Shown: piece by piece, positions 53,960 to 64,000 of the stretch
Layout: every line of letters starts with the position of its first letter
How positions within the stretch are numbered: the first letter of the stretch is position 1
NCBI GenBank assembly: GCA_937128505.1
Contig: CAKZMM010000021.1
Location: 2,648-66,647, forward strand
Reading direction: 5' to 3'
Length of the DNA stretch: 64,000 nt
From: an uncultured Thermogutta sp.
Lineage (GTDB): Bacteria; Planctomycetota; Planctomycetia; Pirellulales; Thermoguttaceae
Notes under the pieces: model-generated
Databases searched by the model: none
What the model saw: only the letters and a program-made list of their open reading frames with translations
What the model was told of the DNA's origin: nothing
Position numbers and translations under genes: made by a program

Positions 53960-54468
53960 ACCTGAACGAAATCCATCGTGGGATAGTCAAACATAAGAAG
54001 CGAAAACGCGTGGGCCGGGGTCCCGGTTCCGGGCATGGGAAGACTTGCGGCCGGGGCCACAAGGGACAAGCTTCGCGGAGTGGGTGGTCATTACGGCTGG
54101 GATTTGAAGGTGGGCAAATGCCCTTGACCCGCCGTATCCCGAAGCGCGGCTTCCACAACCGTTTTGCCGACCGCATTTTGGCGATCAACGTGGGGGATCT
54201 GGACAAGAAGTTCGAAGCCGGGGAAGAGGTTACCCCCGAATTACTCCAGCAAAGGGAACTGATCAAGCGCAACTTCGATCGCTTGAAGATTCTGGGCGAT
54301 GGTGAACTGACCAAGCCACTGAAGGTGGCAGCCCATCAGTTTAGCGTCACAGCTAAGCAGAAAATTGAGCAAGCCGGCGGGCAAGCGATCCTTTTACCGG
54401 GGAAAGCCCCTGTTCCGAAGAATAAATCGAAACCTAAAAAACCCCGCGCGGCAGCGACCAGGATCTGA
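53956..54468 (+). CDS. rplO: 50S ribosomal protein L15
   Basis: MNLNEIH...[27 protein letters not shown] overlap with the rpsE stop. The track ORF starts at 53908. Confidence 0.96.
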   Translation: MNLNEIHRGIVKHKKRKRVGRGPGSGHGKTCGRGHKGQASRSGWSLRLGFEGGQMPLTRRIPKRGFHNRFADRILAINVGDLDKKFEAGEEVTPELLQQRELIKRNFDRLKILGDGELTKPLKVAAHQFSVTAKQKIEQAGGQAILLPGKAPVPKNKSKPKKPRAAATRI

Positions 54469-54734
54469 AAAAGAGCGACGAGCACCTGATAAAGTTTATC
54501 AGAGATTGGCATAGACAAAGAGGGCGATAGACCAAACGGAATCTCAGGACGATCGAGCGAAGGGTTTGCCGGCAAAAAAGCGTAGGATGTCCTAAGCGCG
54601 GCATCCTCGAGCACTTGTGGGGGGGAATGAGCGAACGCGTGATTTTCATCGGCGAAAACTCGGTTTCTAAGCGGAAGGTACATAAAGTCCTTAATTCAGT
54701 GTGTTTGTGGGTCCCAAGCAGGATGTAGTCCGCC

Positions 54735-56093
54735 ATGTGGGAAAAAATTCGGGTCATCTTCACCATCCCCGAGCTGCGGCGGAAAATCCTTTTTACGCTG
54801 CTGGTTTTGGCGATCTACCGGGTCGGTTGGCACATCGCCTTACCGGTGGTGGATGCCGAGGCCATGCGCCGGGCCATTGAGTCGCAGCGGGGTGGTGTGG
54901 GGGCGCTACTGGAACAGGTAGCCATCTTCAGCGCAAGCAATCTTCAAGAGGCCACCATCTTCGGTTTGGGCATTATGCCGTATATTTCGGCCTCGATTAT
55001 TTTCCAGCTTTTGGCCACCGTCATCCCGGCTCTGGAGCGCTTGCAAAAAGAAGGCGAAACCGGTCGAAAGAAAATCAATGAATATACCCGGTATGCCACC
55101 GTCGTCTTGTGCATCTTTCAAAGCTGGTTTTACTTGGCGGTGCTGGTTCGCAGTGACTTCATTCGGGAAGAATTCCTCAATCCCGAAACCGGTCAGTTGT
55201 CGTTTGCCTGGCAACTCACCGCGGTGATGACGATGACCGCCGGTACAACTTTCTTGATGTGGTTAGGGGAACAAATCGATCAATTCGGCATTGGCAACGG
55301 CATTAGTTTGCTGATTATGGCGGGGATTTTGGCCCGCATGCCCAGCGCCCTTTGGTCACTTTTCCAACCGATTGCCGAGCAAGGTCTCGAGTTGGGTAGT
55401 GCCGGGGGAACTCTGGGTGTCGACAAACTTTTGGTGTTGATTGCGCTATTTGTCGGGGTTGTGGCGGGGGTGGTTTACATGGAGCAAGCCCAACGTCGTA
55501 TCCCCACCCAAAGCGCAAAGCACGTGCGCGGGCGCCGGGTTTACGGCGGCACACGGCAGTATCTACCGCTGAAGATCAATCAAGGCGGTGTCATGCCGAT
55601 TGTGTTCGCCAGCAGCTTGCTTCTGTTTCCGGCGGTCTTCTTCCAGTGGTTAGCCCATCAAACCCGGGCCAATTGGGCCGTATGGTTGGATTTGGCGTTT
55701 CATCGGGGCGAATCCTACATCTACAACGTCCTCTATATCATCCTGATTTACTTTTTCTGTTATTTCTGGACGGCCATCATCTTCAATCCCAAGGATATGG
55801 CCGAAAACCTGAAGAACTACGGGACCTTTATTCCCGGTTATCGGCCCGGGCGTCGAACGGCTGATTACCTGGAGAAGGTGATGATCCGCATCACTTACGT
55901 CGGTGCGGCCTTTTTGGCTTTGGTGGCCATCATTCCGACGATAATCGCCGCCTGGATGCGGGTCGATTGGGTAATCGCCAGCTTCTACGGCGGTACTAGT
56001 CTGCTGATTGCTGTGAGCGTGGCGTTCGATTTGGTCCAAAAGATCGATAGCCACTTGGTCATGCACAATTATCGCGGACTTTTGGAGCGATAA
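54735..56093 (+). CDS. secY: preprotein translocase subunit SecY
   Basis: 452 aa, multi-TM, with SecY motifs (LGIMPYISASIIFQLL, GGTRQYLPLKINQGGVMPIVFASS). Confidence 0.99.
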   Translation: MWEKIRVIFTIPELRRKILFTLLVLAIYRVGWHIALPVVDAEAMRRAIESQRGGVGALLEQVAIFSASNLQEATIFGLGIMPYISASIIFQLLATVIPALERLQKEGETGRKKINEYTRYATVVLCIFQSWFYLAVLVRSDFIREEFLNPETGQLSFAWQLTAVMTMTAGTTFLMWLGEQIDQFGIGNGISLLIMAGILARMPSALWSLFQPIAEQGLELGSAGGTLGVDKLLVLIALFVGVVAGVVYMEQAQRRIPTQSAKHVRGRRVYGGTRQYLPLKINQGGVMPIVFASSLLLFPAVFFQWLAHQTRANWAVWLDLAFHRGESYIYNVLYIILIYFFCYFWTAIIFNPKDMAENLKNYGTFIPGYRPGRRTADYLEKVMIRITYVGAAFLALVAIIPTIIAAWMRVDWVIASFYGGTSLLIAVSVAFDLVQKIDSHLVMHNYRGLLER

Positions 56094-56500
56094 TCATTTT
56101 TAAGGACTTTGGGAGGTTAAATAAGGAGACCTTTGGAACGTTAAATACCTGGGAACTTTAAGCCATTCGGAGCCGGGAGCTGAGGTTGGCTCGAAACTCT
56201 CGGTTTCGTCGTTTCGAATACCGAAATTTGAATTACCGATTTTGCCGCCGATAAACGCTCGGAATGGGCCGAAAGTAAGGTCGGGGTAAGAAAGGTTTTG
56301 GCAACCGGGCGGCAATAACCTGTTGGTTCATCCAAGTGAGCGCAAAAGTTGGCTTTGCCGCGGAAAACGAAGATTCGATCCAATAGCAGATGGATGGAAC
56401 TTGCCCCCGTGTCATCGTATGTGAATACCCCGGATGACATGAAACATAAGGGTATCGGAAACGTAAAGACGGGCAGCAAAGAACTTAGGCAGTAGTGCAA

Positions 56501-57073
56501 ATGCGAGTGGTATTTATCGGTGCTCCAGGATCCGGGAAGGGAACTCAAGCGACGAAATTGATTGAGTGGTACGGTCTAGCCCATTTGTCGACCGGAGATA
56601 TGCTGCGGGCAGCCCGAGATGCCCAAACCGAGTTAGGCCGCCAAGCCGAAGAGTACATGTCGCGGGGGGCTTTGGTGCCTGATGAAATCATCCTCGGCAT
56701 GATTTCCGTTCGGTTGGAGGAGCCGGATTGCCGGGCGGGTTATCTTTTGGACGGATTCCCGCGGACAATAGCACAGGCGGAGGCTTTGGATCGGATGCTC
56801 GCGGAAAAGGGCGCTTCGCTCGATGTGGTGCTGGAATTGCAAGTGCCTGAAGAAGAGCTCTTTCGCCGGTTGGCCGGACGCGGACGCGCCGACGATTCAC
56901 CGGAGGTCATTCGCCAAAGACTGGTCGCCTATCGTGAGCAGACCGAACCCCTGCTGGATTACTACGCGAAAAAAGGATTGCTCCGTTCGGTAGATGGTAC
57001 CGGGACTGTGGATGAAGTTTTCGGCCGTTTGGTCGCCATTTTAGATCCCCTGGTCAACAGCGGCCTACGGTAG
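56501..57073 (+). CDS. adk: adenylate kinase, short-LID type (no zinc knuckle)
   Basis: MRVVFIGAPGSGKGTQ..., GYLLDGFPRT. The LID segment is RLAGRGRADDSPEV, without Cys pairs. An alternative GTG start is at 56495. Confidence 0.96.
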   Translation: MRVVFIGAPGSGKGTQATKLIEWYGLAHLSTGDMLRAARDAQTELGRQAEEYMSRGALVPDEIILGMISVRLEEPDCRAGYLLDGFPRTIAQAEALDRMLAEKGASLDVVLELQVPEEELFRRLAGRGRADDSPEVIRQRLVAYREQTEPLLDYYAKKGLLRSVDGTGTVDEVFGRLVAILDPLVNSGLR

Positions 57074-57402
57074 CACAGCGGGAGGGGGCTTTTGGCCTTC
57101 GGTTTGTGGCGATTTTGGTAGGGATTTGCCACCGTTTTGGAGGCGGCCCGGGGGTAGGGTTTAGCGGTGCCCTTAACAGCGGGTACTCCCCCGGGAAGGT
57201 TTTCGCCCGTGTTGGAGGGAAGAGCTTATTTCGTGTCCGTCTGCCAGGATGTCTGTTCGGAGAACCTTGCAGACATCAGAAAGTGTCGGACGGAAGGGTT
57301 TTTTCCGTGTCCGTATGCTGGGATGCTTGAGCATTCCAGGAGTTTTGCGAAACATCGTCGAAGTTTGAACCGCTTTAGACCATTTTGAGAACCGGAGCTT
57401 GT

Positions 57403-58203
57403 GTGCCGGTGGTGATTCTGCGGTCACCCCGAGAAATTTCCGCGATGCGGAAGGCCGGCCTGCTAGTATGGCGAGCACTTCAGGTGGCAAAGTCCAAATT
57501 GCGGGTCGGGGCGACCACCGCGGAGATTGACGCCGCCGTGGAGCGGTTTTATGCCTCCGTGGGGGCTGAGCCGCTTTTTAAGGGCGTACCCGGCCGGGTA
57601 CCATTTCCGGCAGTCACTTGCATTTCGGTAAACGAAGAGGTGGTGCACGGCATCCCGGGTCCGCGAAAGATTAAGGAAGGGGATATCGTCAGCATTGATA
57701 CCGGTTGTCGGTTTGCTGGTTGGTGCGGCGATGCGGCTGCGACTTTCCCTGTCGGAAAAGTCGCCGAGCCGGTGAAGAAGCTCCTAGAGGTTACCCAAGG
57801 GGCGTTACTGTTGGCAATCGATCTTTTGGGCAGGCGGTCTTACTGGAGCCAAATTGCCCGAGAGATGGAAACCTTTATAAAGGATCATGGGTTTTCGGTG
57901 GTGGAGGCGTTTGTGGGCCACGGTATTAGTCGGCAAATGCACGAAGATCCACAGGTACCCAATTTCGTGAGCGAGCAGCTCCGCCGCGGTGGCGACTTCC
58001 GGATCGAACCGGGATTGGTGATTGCCGTGGAACCCATGGTAAATATGGGAAGCAAACGCGTGCGGCTGATGCCCGACCATTGGACACAGGTAACTTTCGA
58101 CGGCTTACCCAGTGCTCATTTCGAACATACCATCGCGGTAACGCGGTCGGGACCCCAGGTGCTGACCGCCGGGCCAAATGGGGAAGTCGTTCTCGTCGAA
58201 TGA
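57403..58203 (+). CDS. map: type I methionine aminopeptidase
   Basis: ILRSPREISAMRKAG..., VVHGIP, DIVSIDTG, VGHGIS, IAVEPM, FEHT. The start is uncertain: the GTG at 57403 follows GGAG (57394-57397), and the track start is a TTG at 57385. Confidence 0.95.
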   Translation: MPVVILRSPREISAMRKAGLLVWRALQVAKSKLRVGATTAEIDAAVERFYASVGAEPLFKGVPGRVPFPAVTCISVNEEVVHGIPGPRKIKEGDIVSIDTGCRFAGWCGDAAATFPVGKVAEPVKKLLEVTQGALLLAIDLLGRRSYWSQIAREMETFIKDHGFSVVEAFVGHGISRQMHEDPQVPNFVSEQLRRGGDFRIEPGLVIAVEPMVNMGSKRVRLMPDHWTQVTFDGLPSAHFEHTIAVTRSGPQVLTAGPNGEVVLVE

Positions 58204-59086
58204 GGTCTGTTACCTTCGTTTAACGGATAACCGAAAATCCTCGGCTTCAAACTATCATCGGAAGGAGAAGCACAGGCGTAAAGAAGAGCATCGCTTAAAA
58301 AAAGAGCGCAGCGTTCAGGGCACAGCTTGTAAGGGATATTGGCACTTAGGCCTCCGGACGATGACCGGGCAGAAGTAAAAAGCGGATTAGAAGGGATTGA
58401 GATTATACCGCGGTTGGAGGTTAGGTAGTTGCTATCGGCGTTCGTGAGGTAGCTTAAGAAATCAACTTGCAGCGGTGTGATAGGAAATCGTCAACACATC
58501 GCAGCAGAATGTTTGCCACCTCCTGAGATTCAATCGGCGTGAAACTATAAACAAAAGGGTGTGAAACTATAAACGGTAAAAACTGCTGCAAGGAGTTGGG
58601 TTATTCGTCACGATGTTTCTGTCCACACTTGACCGGTAAAACAAAATAGTGATTTAAAATAGTGATGTGAGTGTGTAACGGGTAACTTTGTCACTGTGAG
58701 CCGGGCCAAGGCGTACCACTTAGTATCCCCACTTAGATTTGCTTCCCCGCACAAAAAAGGTGTTAGTTTAACCTCACTATCGGGTCAGCCTTAAACAGAT
58801 TTCTGCGGGGGGAGTCCCGGTTGGCATCAGCGAGGTAGGCGGGAGCCGAATCGGAGAAGAATTCGGTGTAAAGCGTGGAAAAGCGAAGCGATACCTAACG
58901 AGGTCTATATATAATCTACAGCATGTTTAATCGCTCATACAGATAAGGTGGTACCGTTTATTGTTAATCCGACAAACAAAGTGATATTTCTGGCGAGTAA
59001 GTTCAGATTCTTGAGCATTAGTTAATTTGTTCGCTCGGTGCCTTAATCGTGCGGGCAGGCCGAATTCGTGACGGAGTCAAATCGAG

Positions 59087-59200
59087 ATGAAAGTTCGTGC
59101 AAGTGTGAAACGAATATGTGCCAATTGCAAAGTTGTTCGCCGCAAAGGTCGAATCTACATAATTTGCGCTAATCCCCGGCATAAACAACGTCAGGGGTAA
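59087..59200 (+). CDS. rpmJ: 50S ribosomal protein L36 (37 aa, Cys3-His zinc form); not in the supplied ORF track
   Basis: Hand translation gives [37 protein letters not shown], with TAA at 59198-59200. It has the classical position upstream of rpsM. Confidence 0.95.
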   Translation: MKVRASVKRICANCKVVRRKGRIYIICANPRHKQRQG

Positions 59201-59474
59201 ATGTTGGCTTACGTCCTTTAACCGGTGTGATCACTATCTGATTAATCTCATTTTTGAGCAGAGGAAAATTTTATTAGCCGTAATTCGATTTGGATATCAG
59301 GAAACGTAATAATTTTTTAGTTAAATTTTGTTTGCGAAGGCTATTCCGCACTGATGAGGTAGCTGTTAGCGTAACAAAAAGAGTTCGGATCAAAATCTGA
59401 AAAAATATTTTAAGTTGGTAAACAAAGTTTATTAAGAATATTGTTGAAGAGCACAGTTTAGGAGATTCCAGTAA

Positions 59475-59858
59475 ATGCCCCGTTTATTGGGTGTAGACAT
59501 CCCCGGTGATAAACCGACTGTAATCTCGTTGCGTTACATCTATGGCATTGGGCCGCGTATTGCGCGGGAGCTGTGCCACCAGGCGGGTATCGAGCCGCAA
59601 GTCCTTGCCAAAGACCTCAAAGAAGATGAGCTGGGGCGGTTGGCAACCCTAATCGACAAGAACTACATCGTCGAGGGACCACTGAAAAGGCAAATCCAGC
59701 AGAATATTGCCCGATTGAAGGACATCAACTCTTATCGGGGGGTACGACATCGCAAAGGCCTGCCGGTTCGGGGACAGCGAACCAGGACCAATGCGCGAAC
59801 GCGAAAAGGTCCCAAGAAGACCGTCGCAGGAAAGAAGGGCGTCAAGGACCTCCGTTAA
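59475..59858 (+). CDS. rpsM: 30S ribosomal protein S13
   Basis: MPRLLGVDIPGDK...SYRGVRHRKGLPVRGQRTRTNARTRKG; AGGAG upstream. Confidence 0.98.
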   Translation: MPRLLGVDIPGDKPTVISLRYIYGIGPRIARELCHQAGIEPQVLAKDLKEDELGRLATLIDKNYIVEGPLKRQIQQNIARLKDINSYRGVRHRKGLPVRGQRTRTNARTRKGPKKTVAGKKGVKDLR

Positions 59859-59925
59859 GAAAGCTGAAGGTTGAGAAGACGGTTAGTTTCTATAGCTTCT
59901 GAGCAAATAGAGGGTTCTGCGAACT

Positions 59926-60309
59926 GTGGCCAAAGCGAGTAAGAAACGAAAGGTTCGTCGCCACGTTACAGCGGGGATCGCCTATATCAAAGCCACATTT
60001 AATAACACGATTGTGGCTATAACCGATCTCAAAGGCGACGTTTTGGTCTGGGCAACCGGTGGTACGTGCGGCTTCAAAGGCAGTCGCAAGAGTACCCCCT
60101 TTGCCGGACAAATGGCGGCTCAGCAAGCGGCAGAAAAAGCCATAAAAATGGGTCTAAAAGAAATTGACGTAAAGGTGAAAGGACCCGGAAGCGGTCGCGA
60201 AAGTGCGATCACAGCCTTGCAGACTGCCGGGCTGATCATCAAGTCGATCGAAGATGTGACCCCCTTGCCGCACAATGGGTGTCGGCCTAAAAAACGCCGT
60301 CGTGTTTAA
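59926..60309 (+). CDS. rpsK: 30S ribosomal protein S11
   Basis: [30 protein letters not shown]...[13 protein letters not shown]; GTG start. Confidence 0.98.
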   Translation: MAKASKKRKVRRHVTAGIAYIKATFNNTIVAITDLKGDVLVWATGGTCGFKGSRKSTPFAGQMAAQQAAEKAIKMGLKEIDVKVKGPGSGRESAITALQTAGLIIKSIEDVTPLPHNGCRPKKRRRV

Positions 60310-60384
60310 CTTTTTTAACTTTGCGTTTGCCGGGTTTAGCTTTAATCCCGGCCTAAGTCCCGGTTGCACAATTTGGGATACATT

Positions 60385-60418
60385 TTTCGGCGTAGCACGG
60401 GTTTCGGCGTAGCACGGG
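60385..60418. repeat. perfect 17-bp tandem duplication TTTCGGCGTAGCACGGG x2
   Basis: Copies at 60385-60401 and 60402-60418, in the rpsK-rpsD spacer. Confidence 0.95.
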
Positions 60419-60544
60419 GGAAATGAGGAGCTGACCTAACGCGCTGATTGGGTGAGTGGCTCTTTCCCTACAACGAAGGAAAGAAACGAAGCCAGAGAAC
60501 TTAGAGAAGTTTGGAGCAATTCTGACAGGTTAGGACTATACGAT

Positions 60545-61171
60545 ATGGGACGTTACACCGGGCCGGTTTGTCGGCTTTGCCGGCGCGACGGCAGAAAGCT
60601 CTTTCTCAAAGGTACCCGATGCGACACATCGAAGTGCGCGCTGGAGCGGCGGAAATCCGCACCGGGAATGCACGGGATGCGTCGCGGGAAATTGACCGAT
60701 TTTGGTCTCCATCTGCGCGAAAAACAAAAAGTCAAACATTTTTATGGCGTATTGGAGCGGCAATTTCGCCGGTATTTTGCGCGGGCTGAGCGCTCGGCCG
60801 GCAACACGGGTAAGGTGCTCATGTCGTTGCTGGAACGCCGACTCGATAATGTGGTGTATCGCCTGGGATTCGCATTATCACGGGCTCATGCTCGGCAATT
60901 GGTGCGGCATGGTCATATTACGGTGAACGGCCGACGCGTCGATCTACCCAATTACGAGGTTCATGTGGGTGATGTGATCTCCGTGAAGAACCGGCCCAAG
61001 ACTTTGGAAATCGTCAAAGCGGCCAGGGAAACCAATCGGCAGGCCGTGCCGGACTTTTTGAGCCGTATCGACGGGGAAGTGCCGGAGGGCCATGTCGTCC
61101 GCTTGCCGGACATTATGGACGTGTCCATCCCGGTGGAGCCCCAGTTGATCATCGAATTCTGCTCGAAGTAG
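60545..61171 (+). CDS. rpsD: 30S ribosomal protein S4
   Basis: MGRYTGPVCRLCRRDGRKLFLKGTRC... plus an S4 RNA-binding domain. I prefer the ATG at 60545 over the track start at 60452. Confidence 0.97.
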   Translation: MGRYTGPVCRLCRRDGRKLFLKGTRCDTSKCALERRKSAPGMHGMRRGKLTDFGLHLREKQKVKHFYGVLERQFRRYFARAERSAGNTGKVLMSLLERRLDNVVYRLGFALSRAHARQLVRHGHITVNGRRVDLPNYEVHVGDVISVKNRPKTLEIVKAARETNRQAVPDFLSRIDGEVPEGHVVRLPDIMDVSIPVEPQLIIEFCSK

Positions 61172-61517
61172 TTGGGGGAGGCAGTCCACTGCGTGAACCC
61201 GCGTTGGAGCTGGGCTTTTTATGTGCCTAAGCTACTAGTGGGCTTGCATGGTTGCGGCCAAGTTCGGTGAGCCTCTAAAAAAGTTTGTTAAGCGCAAGAA
61301 TCGTCAACGGATTTTGGGCGGCTCTGTTACCGGAGAGGAATATTTGGAGAAAGGAATAGTCGGAGATAAAAAGAGGGGCAAGGAGAAGTTTGAACGGGCT
61401 CTTGCTAGTTTCAACTAGATCTGCTCGGCTGGTAGGGGAGCTCGTCGAAGTCGTCAGTGGGGTAGGCAGCAGGCGTACAAAGTCTGGGTTTTGGCAAAAG
61501 GCCGAGGGGAAACTCCG

Positions 61518-62519
61518 ATGCGTGTGAATTGGCGGGGTTTAGAATTGCCGAGTCGGGTGGTTTGTGATCGGGATTCGCTGACACCCACCTACGGGAAGTT
61601 CATTGCAGAGCCGTTTGAGCGAGGTTTCGGGACAACGGTCGGCAATAGCTTGCGCCGAATTTTGCTTTCGAGCCTGGAGGGGAGTGCGGTCACCGAGGTG
61701 AAAATTCAAGGGGCCTTGCACGAGTTCACCTCGTTGCCGGGAGTGGTCGAGGATGTCACCGATGTCATTCTCAATGTGAAATCCCTGGTGGTGAAAAACC
61801 ACAGCAGCGAACCGCGGACCTTGCGGCTGGAGAAAAACGCCCGGGGTGTCGTCACCGGTGCTGACATCGCGCCGGATGAGGCGGTGGAGGTCATCAATAA
61901 AGACCACATCATCGCTACGTTAACAGACGACGTTCCGTTTTCCATGGAATTGAAAGTGGAGAATGGTCGCGGTTACCGGCCTGCTTCCGAGCGGATGGCC
62001 CAGGTACAGGAAATTGGCGTCGTCCCGGTCGATGCCATGTTCAGCCCGGTGGTCCGCGTAGCTTACGAGGTGGAAGAAACTCGGGTAGGGCAAAAGACCA
62101 ATTACGACCGGCTGATCCTCGAAATATGGACCAACGGGTCGGTTTCTCCGGAAATGGCCCTGGTAGAAGCCGCCAAGATTCTCCGTAAGCACTTGAACCC
62201 CTTCGTTCAGTACGCCGAATTAGGGCCCCAGGTGCATGTGGAGAAACCTTCGAGCGAATACCCGGGCTTTTCCGCCGCCATAGAATCCAAGCTGAATATG
62301 ACTTTGAGCGAACTGAATTTGTCGGCGCGGGCCACCAACTCGTTGGAGGCCGGCAATATTCGCATAGTGCGCGATTTGGTAACCCGAACGGAGGAGCAAC
62401 TCCTCGACTTGCGGAATTTCGGCGATACGACATTGGCCGAAGTAAAGGAGAAACTGGCGAGCTTAGGCTTGCGACTCGGGATGCGGCTTCCTACGACCCC
62501 TGCGGGATCTTTGGGTTGA
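61518..62519 (+). CDS. rpoA: DNA-directed RNA polymerase subunit alpha
   Basis: [22 protein letters not shown]..., and a C-terminal domain ([21 protein letters not shown]). The ATG at 61518 follows GAGGGGA. The track start is a TTG at 61491. Confidence 0.98.
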   Translation: MRVNWRGLELPSRVVCDRDSLTPTYGKFIAEPFERGFGTTVGNSLRRILLSSLEGSAVTEVKIQGALHEFTSLPGVVEDVTDVILNVKSLVVKNHSSEPRTLRLEKNARGVVTGADIAPDEAVEVINKDHIIATLTDDVPFSMELKVENGRGYRPASERMAQVQEIGVVPVDAMFSPVVRVAYEVEETRVGQKTNYDRLILEIWTNGSVSPEMALVEAAKILRKHLNPFVQYAELGPQVHVEKPSSEYPGFSAAIESKLNMTLSELNLSARATNSLEAGNIRIVRDLVTRTEEQLLDLRNFGDTTLAEVKEKLASLGLRLGMRLPTTPAGSLG

Positions 62520-62966
62520 TGGCGGGATTTGTTTGGCGATTATCCGGAAAAGTGGCGGCCGATCAATCGGAAGTTTTCAACGCAAATTATTAGGTCTCGC
62601 TGGGTGGTGGCGAACCGGGCAGACGCCGTACTCCATGGATGATCGATCTGGCTCGCTTTATTTGTGCTCACAGGCGGTTTATTGATCGCGCGTGTACGCA
62701 GAGCAGGCATCATACCCTTTAGGTGTGCTTTGAAGTCCCAGGAAGGCTTTACGATTTTCAATCCCAATTGAGCGACGTGGTTTGAAAGGGCTCTGAGCGG
62801 TTGCTCGTGGCAAGCTTTGAGTTCCGGTTTCTTTTGGGGAGCCCATGGAGGCCAAAAGAGGGGACTTTTAGGTCTTGCACACGGAGCGGGGCTGTAGTGC
62901 CTGCGGAAAAAACAAGCTAACTTTCAGATTTTGGTACAAAAAATCGAAGCGACGGGTATCCCAAAT

Positions 62967-63560
62967 ATGAGGCACCGCAAAAAAGGCCGGAAATTGGGGC
63001 GAAATCCCAGACATCAACGGGCCCTATTACGCAGCTTGGCCGTTGCCCTTATTCTGACCGAGCAAGACTATCGCGAGGACGACGAGCTGAAGCCGAAGGT
63101 ACCGGGCCGAATCGTCACGACGCTGGCCAAAGCCAAGGAAGTCCGCCCGTTGGTCGAGCGTTGCATTACGATTGCCCGCCGGGTACTCCCCCAATTGGAG
63201 CATGCCCGATCCGTGGAGCCGGATGTGGCTCGCAATAGCGAAAAATGGCGTCAGTGGCGACAAGGTGAAGGCTGGCAGGAGTGGGCCAAAGCAATGGCCC
63301 CCGTGGTGGCGGCGCGACGCCACATTCTGAAGCTGCTCCATAGCAAACAGGCCGTGCGGATCATTTTCGATAAGCTGGCTCCTCGCTTTGCCAACCGACC
63401 CGGCGGATATACGCGGATCCTTCGGCTGCCCGCACCGCGACTGGGGGACGCCGGCCCGAAGGCGATCTTAGAATTCGTCGGCAAGAACGATCGGGTCAAG
63501 CGAAAGGCTCCGCGACCGACCTTTGAGCCGGTCACGGCGACCGAAGGAGCAACCACGTAG
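62967..63560 (+). CDS. rplQ: 50S ribosomal protein L17 (long form with internal insertions)
   Basis: MRHRKKGRKLGRNPRHQRALLRSL...FANRPGGYTRILRL; 197 aa from the ATG at 62967. Confidence 0.96.
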   Translation: MRHRKKGRKLGRNPRHQRALLRSLAVALILTEQDYREDDELKPKVPGRIVTTLAKAKEVRPLVERCITIARRVLPQLEHARSVEPDVARNSEKWRQWRQGEGWQEWAKAMAPVVAARRHILKLLHSKQAVRIIFDKLAPRFANRPGGYTRILRLPAPRLGDAGPKAILEFVGKNDRVKRKAPRPTFEPVTATEGATT

Positions 63561-63811
63561 TGCCGGTCCACACGATCCTTCCGCGGCGGCAACTCTAAAA
63601 TGAATGCATCGATTGCAAGACGGACTAGTTTTCAAAGGAAGTAATCGCGAAAGGAATGGGGTTTTTCTCCCACAGCCGAATGATTTGGTACGCCCTTCCG
63701 CTTGTTGCGTGCGTGCATGGGTCCTAAAGTGCACCCACAAGACGTGTCGAAGGGGCGTTCCGTTTGGCCAAAAGGCGCTTCAGCACCGGCCGCGCTTTAG
63801 CACCCGGCTTT

Positions 63812-64000
<189 letters not shown>

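Noticed and set aside
58204-59086. Search for infA between map and rpmJ
   Set aside because: No frame gives an IF1-like (S1/OB fold, about 72 aa) sequence. The region is AT-rich with stops in all frames.

Overview
This window is almost entirely core housekeeping chromosome. It holds the bacterial translation and transcription super-cluster in its conserved order: tRNA-Thr, tRNA-Tyr, tRNA-Gly, tRNA-Thr, tuf, tRNA-Trp, secE, nusG, rplKAJL, rpoBC, rpsL, rpsG, fusA, then the S10, spc and alpha operons from rpsJ to rplQ, including secY, adk, map and rpmJ. To the left lie a few unrelated genes: uxaC, a short Ser/Thr kinase, a GNAT acetyltransferase, a DUF1080 protein, a secreted hypothetical and a long sigma-70 factor. 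A glmS 3' end is at the right edge. The gene content, long protein tails and very long AT-richer spacers suggest a Planctomycetota-like genome, but that is inference only. I found no transposase, integrase, CRISPR array, toxin-antitoxin pair or recognisable defence gene, and I cannot point to a convincing new protein system. The unusual signals are all non-coding or architectural. (1) A strictly 20-bp-phased array of nine palindromic units lies upstream of the kinase gene. (2) An orphan structured RNA candidate with its own intrinsic terminator sits at about 7.75-7.94 kb. (3) A 2.5-kb ORF desert with dispersed repeats lies upstream of the sigma gene. (4) Spacers of 150-1150 bp split otherwise invariant ribosomal-protein and tRNA operons. 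(5) Many perfect 13-22 bp tandem duplications occur in those spacers, one spanning the secE stop codon. (6) Several proteins show oddities: a 337-codon acidic extension on NusG, a tyrosine-kinase-like catalytic loop in the kinase, a sigma factor with three N-terminal HTH modules, an EF-G2-like EF-G in the str operon, and a 62-nt rpsC/rplP overlap. rpmJ (37 aa) is absent from the ORF track and was found by eye.
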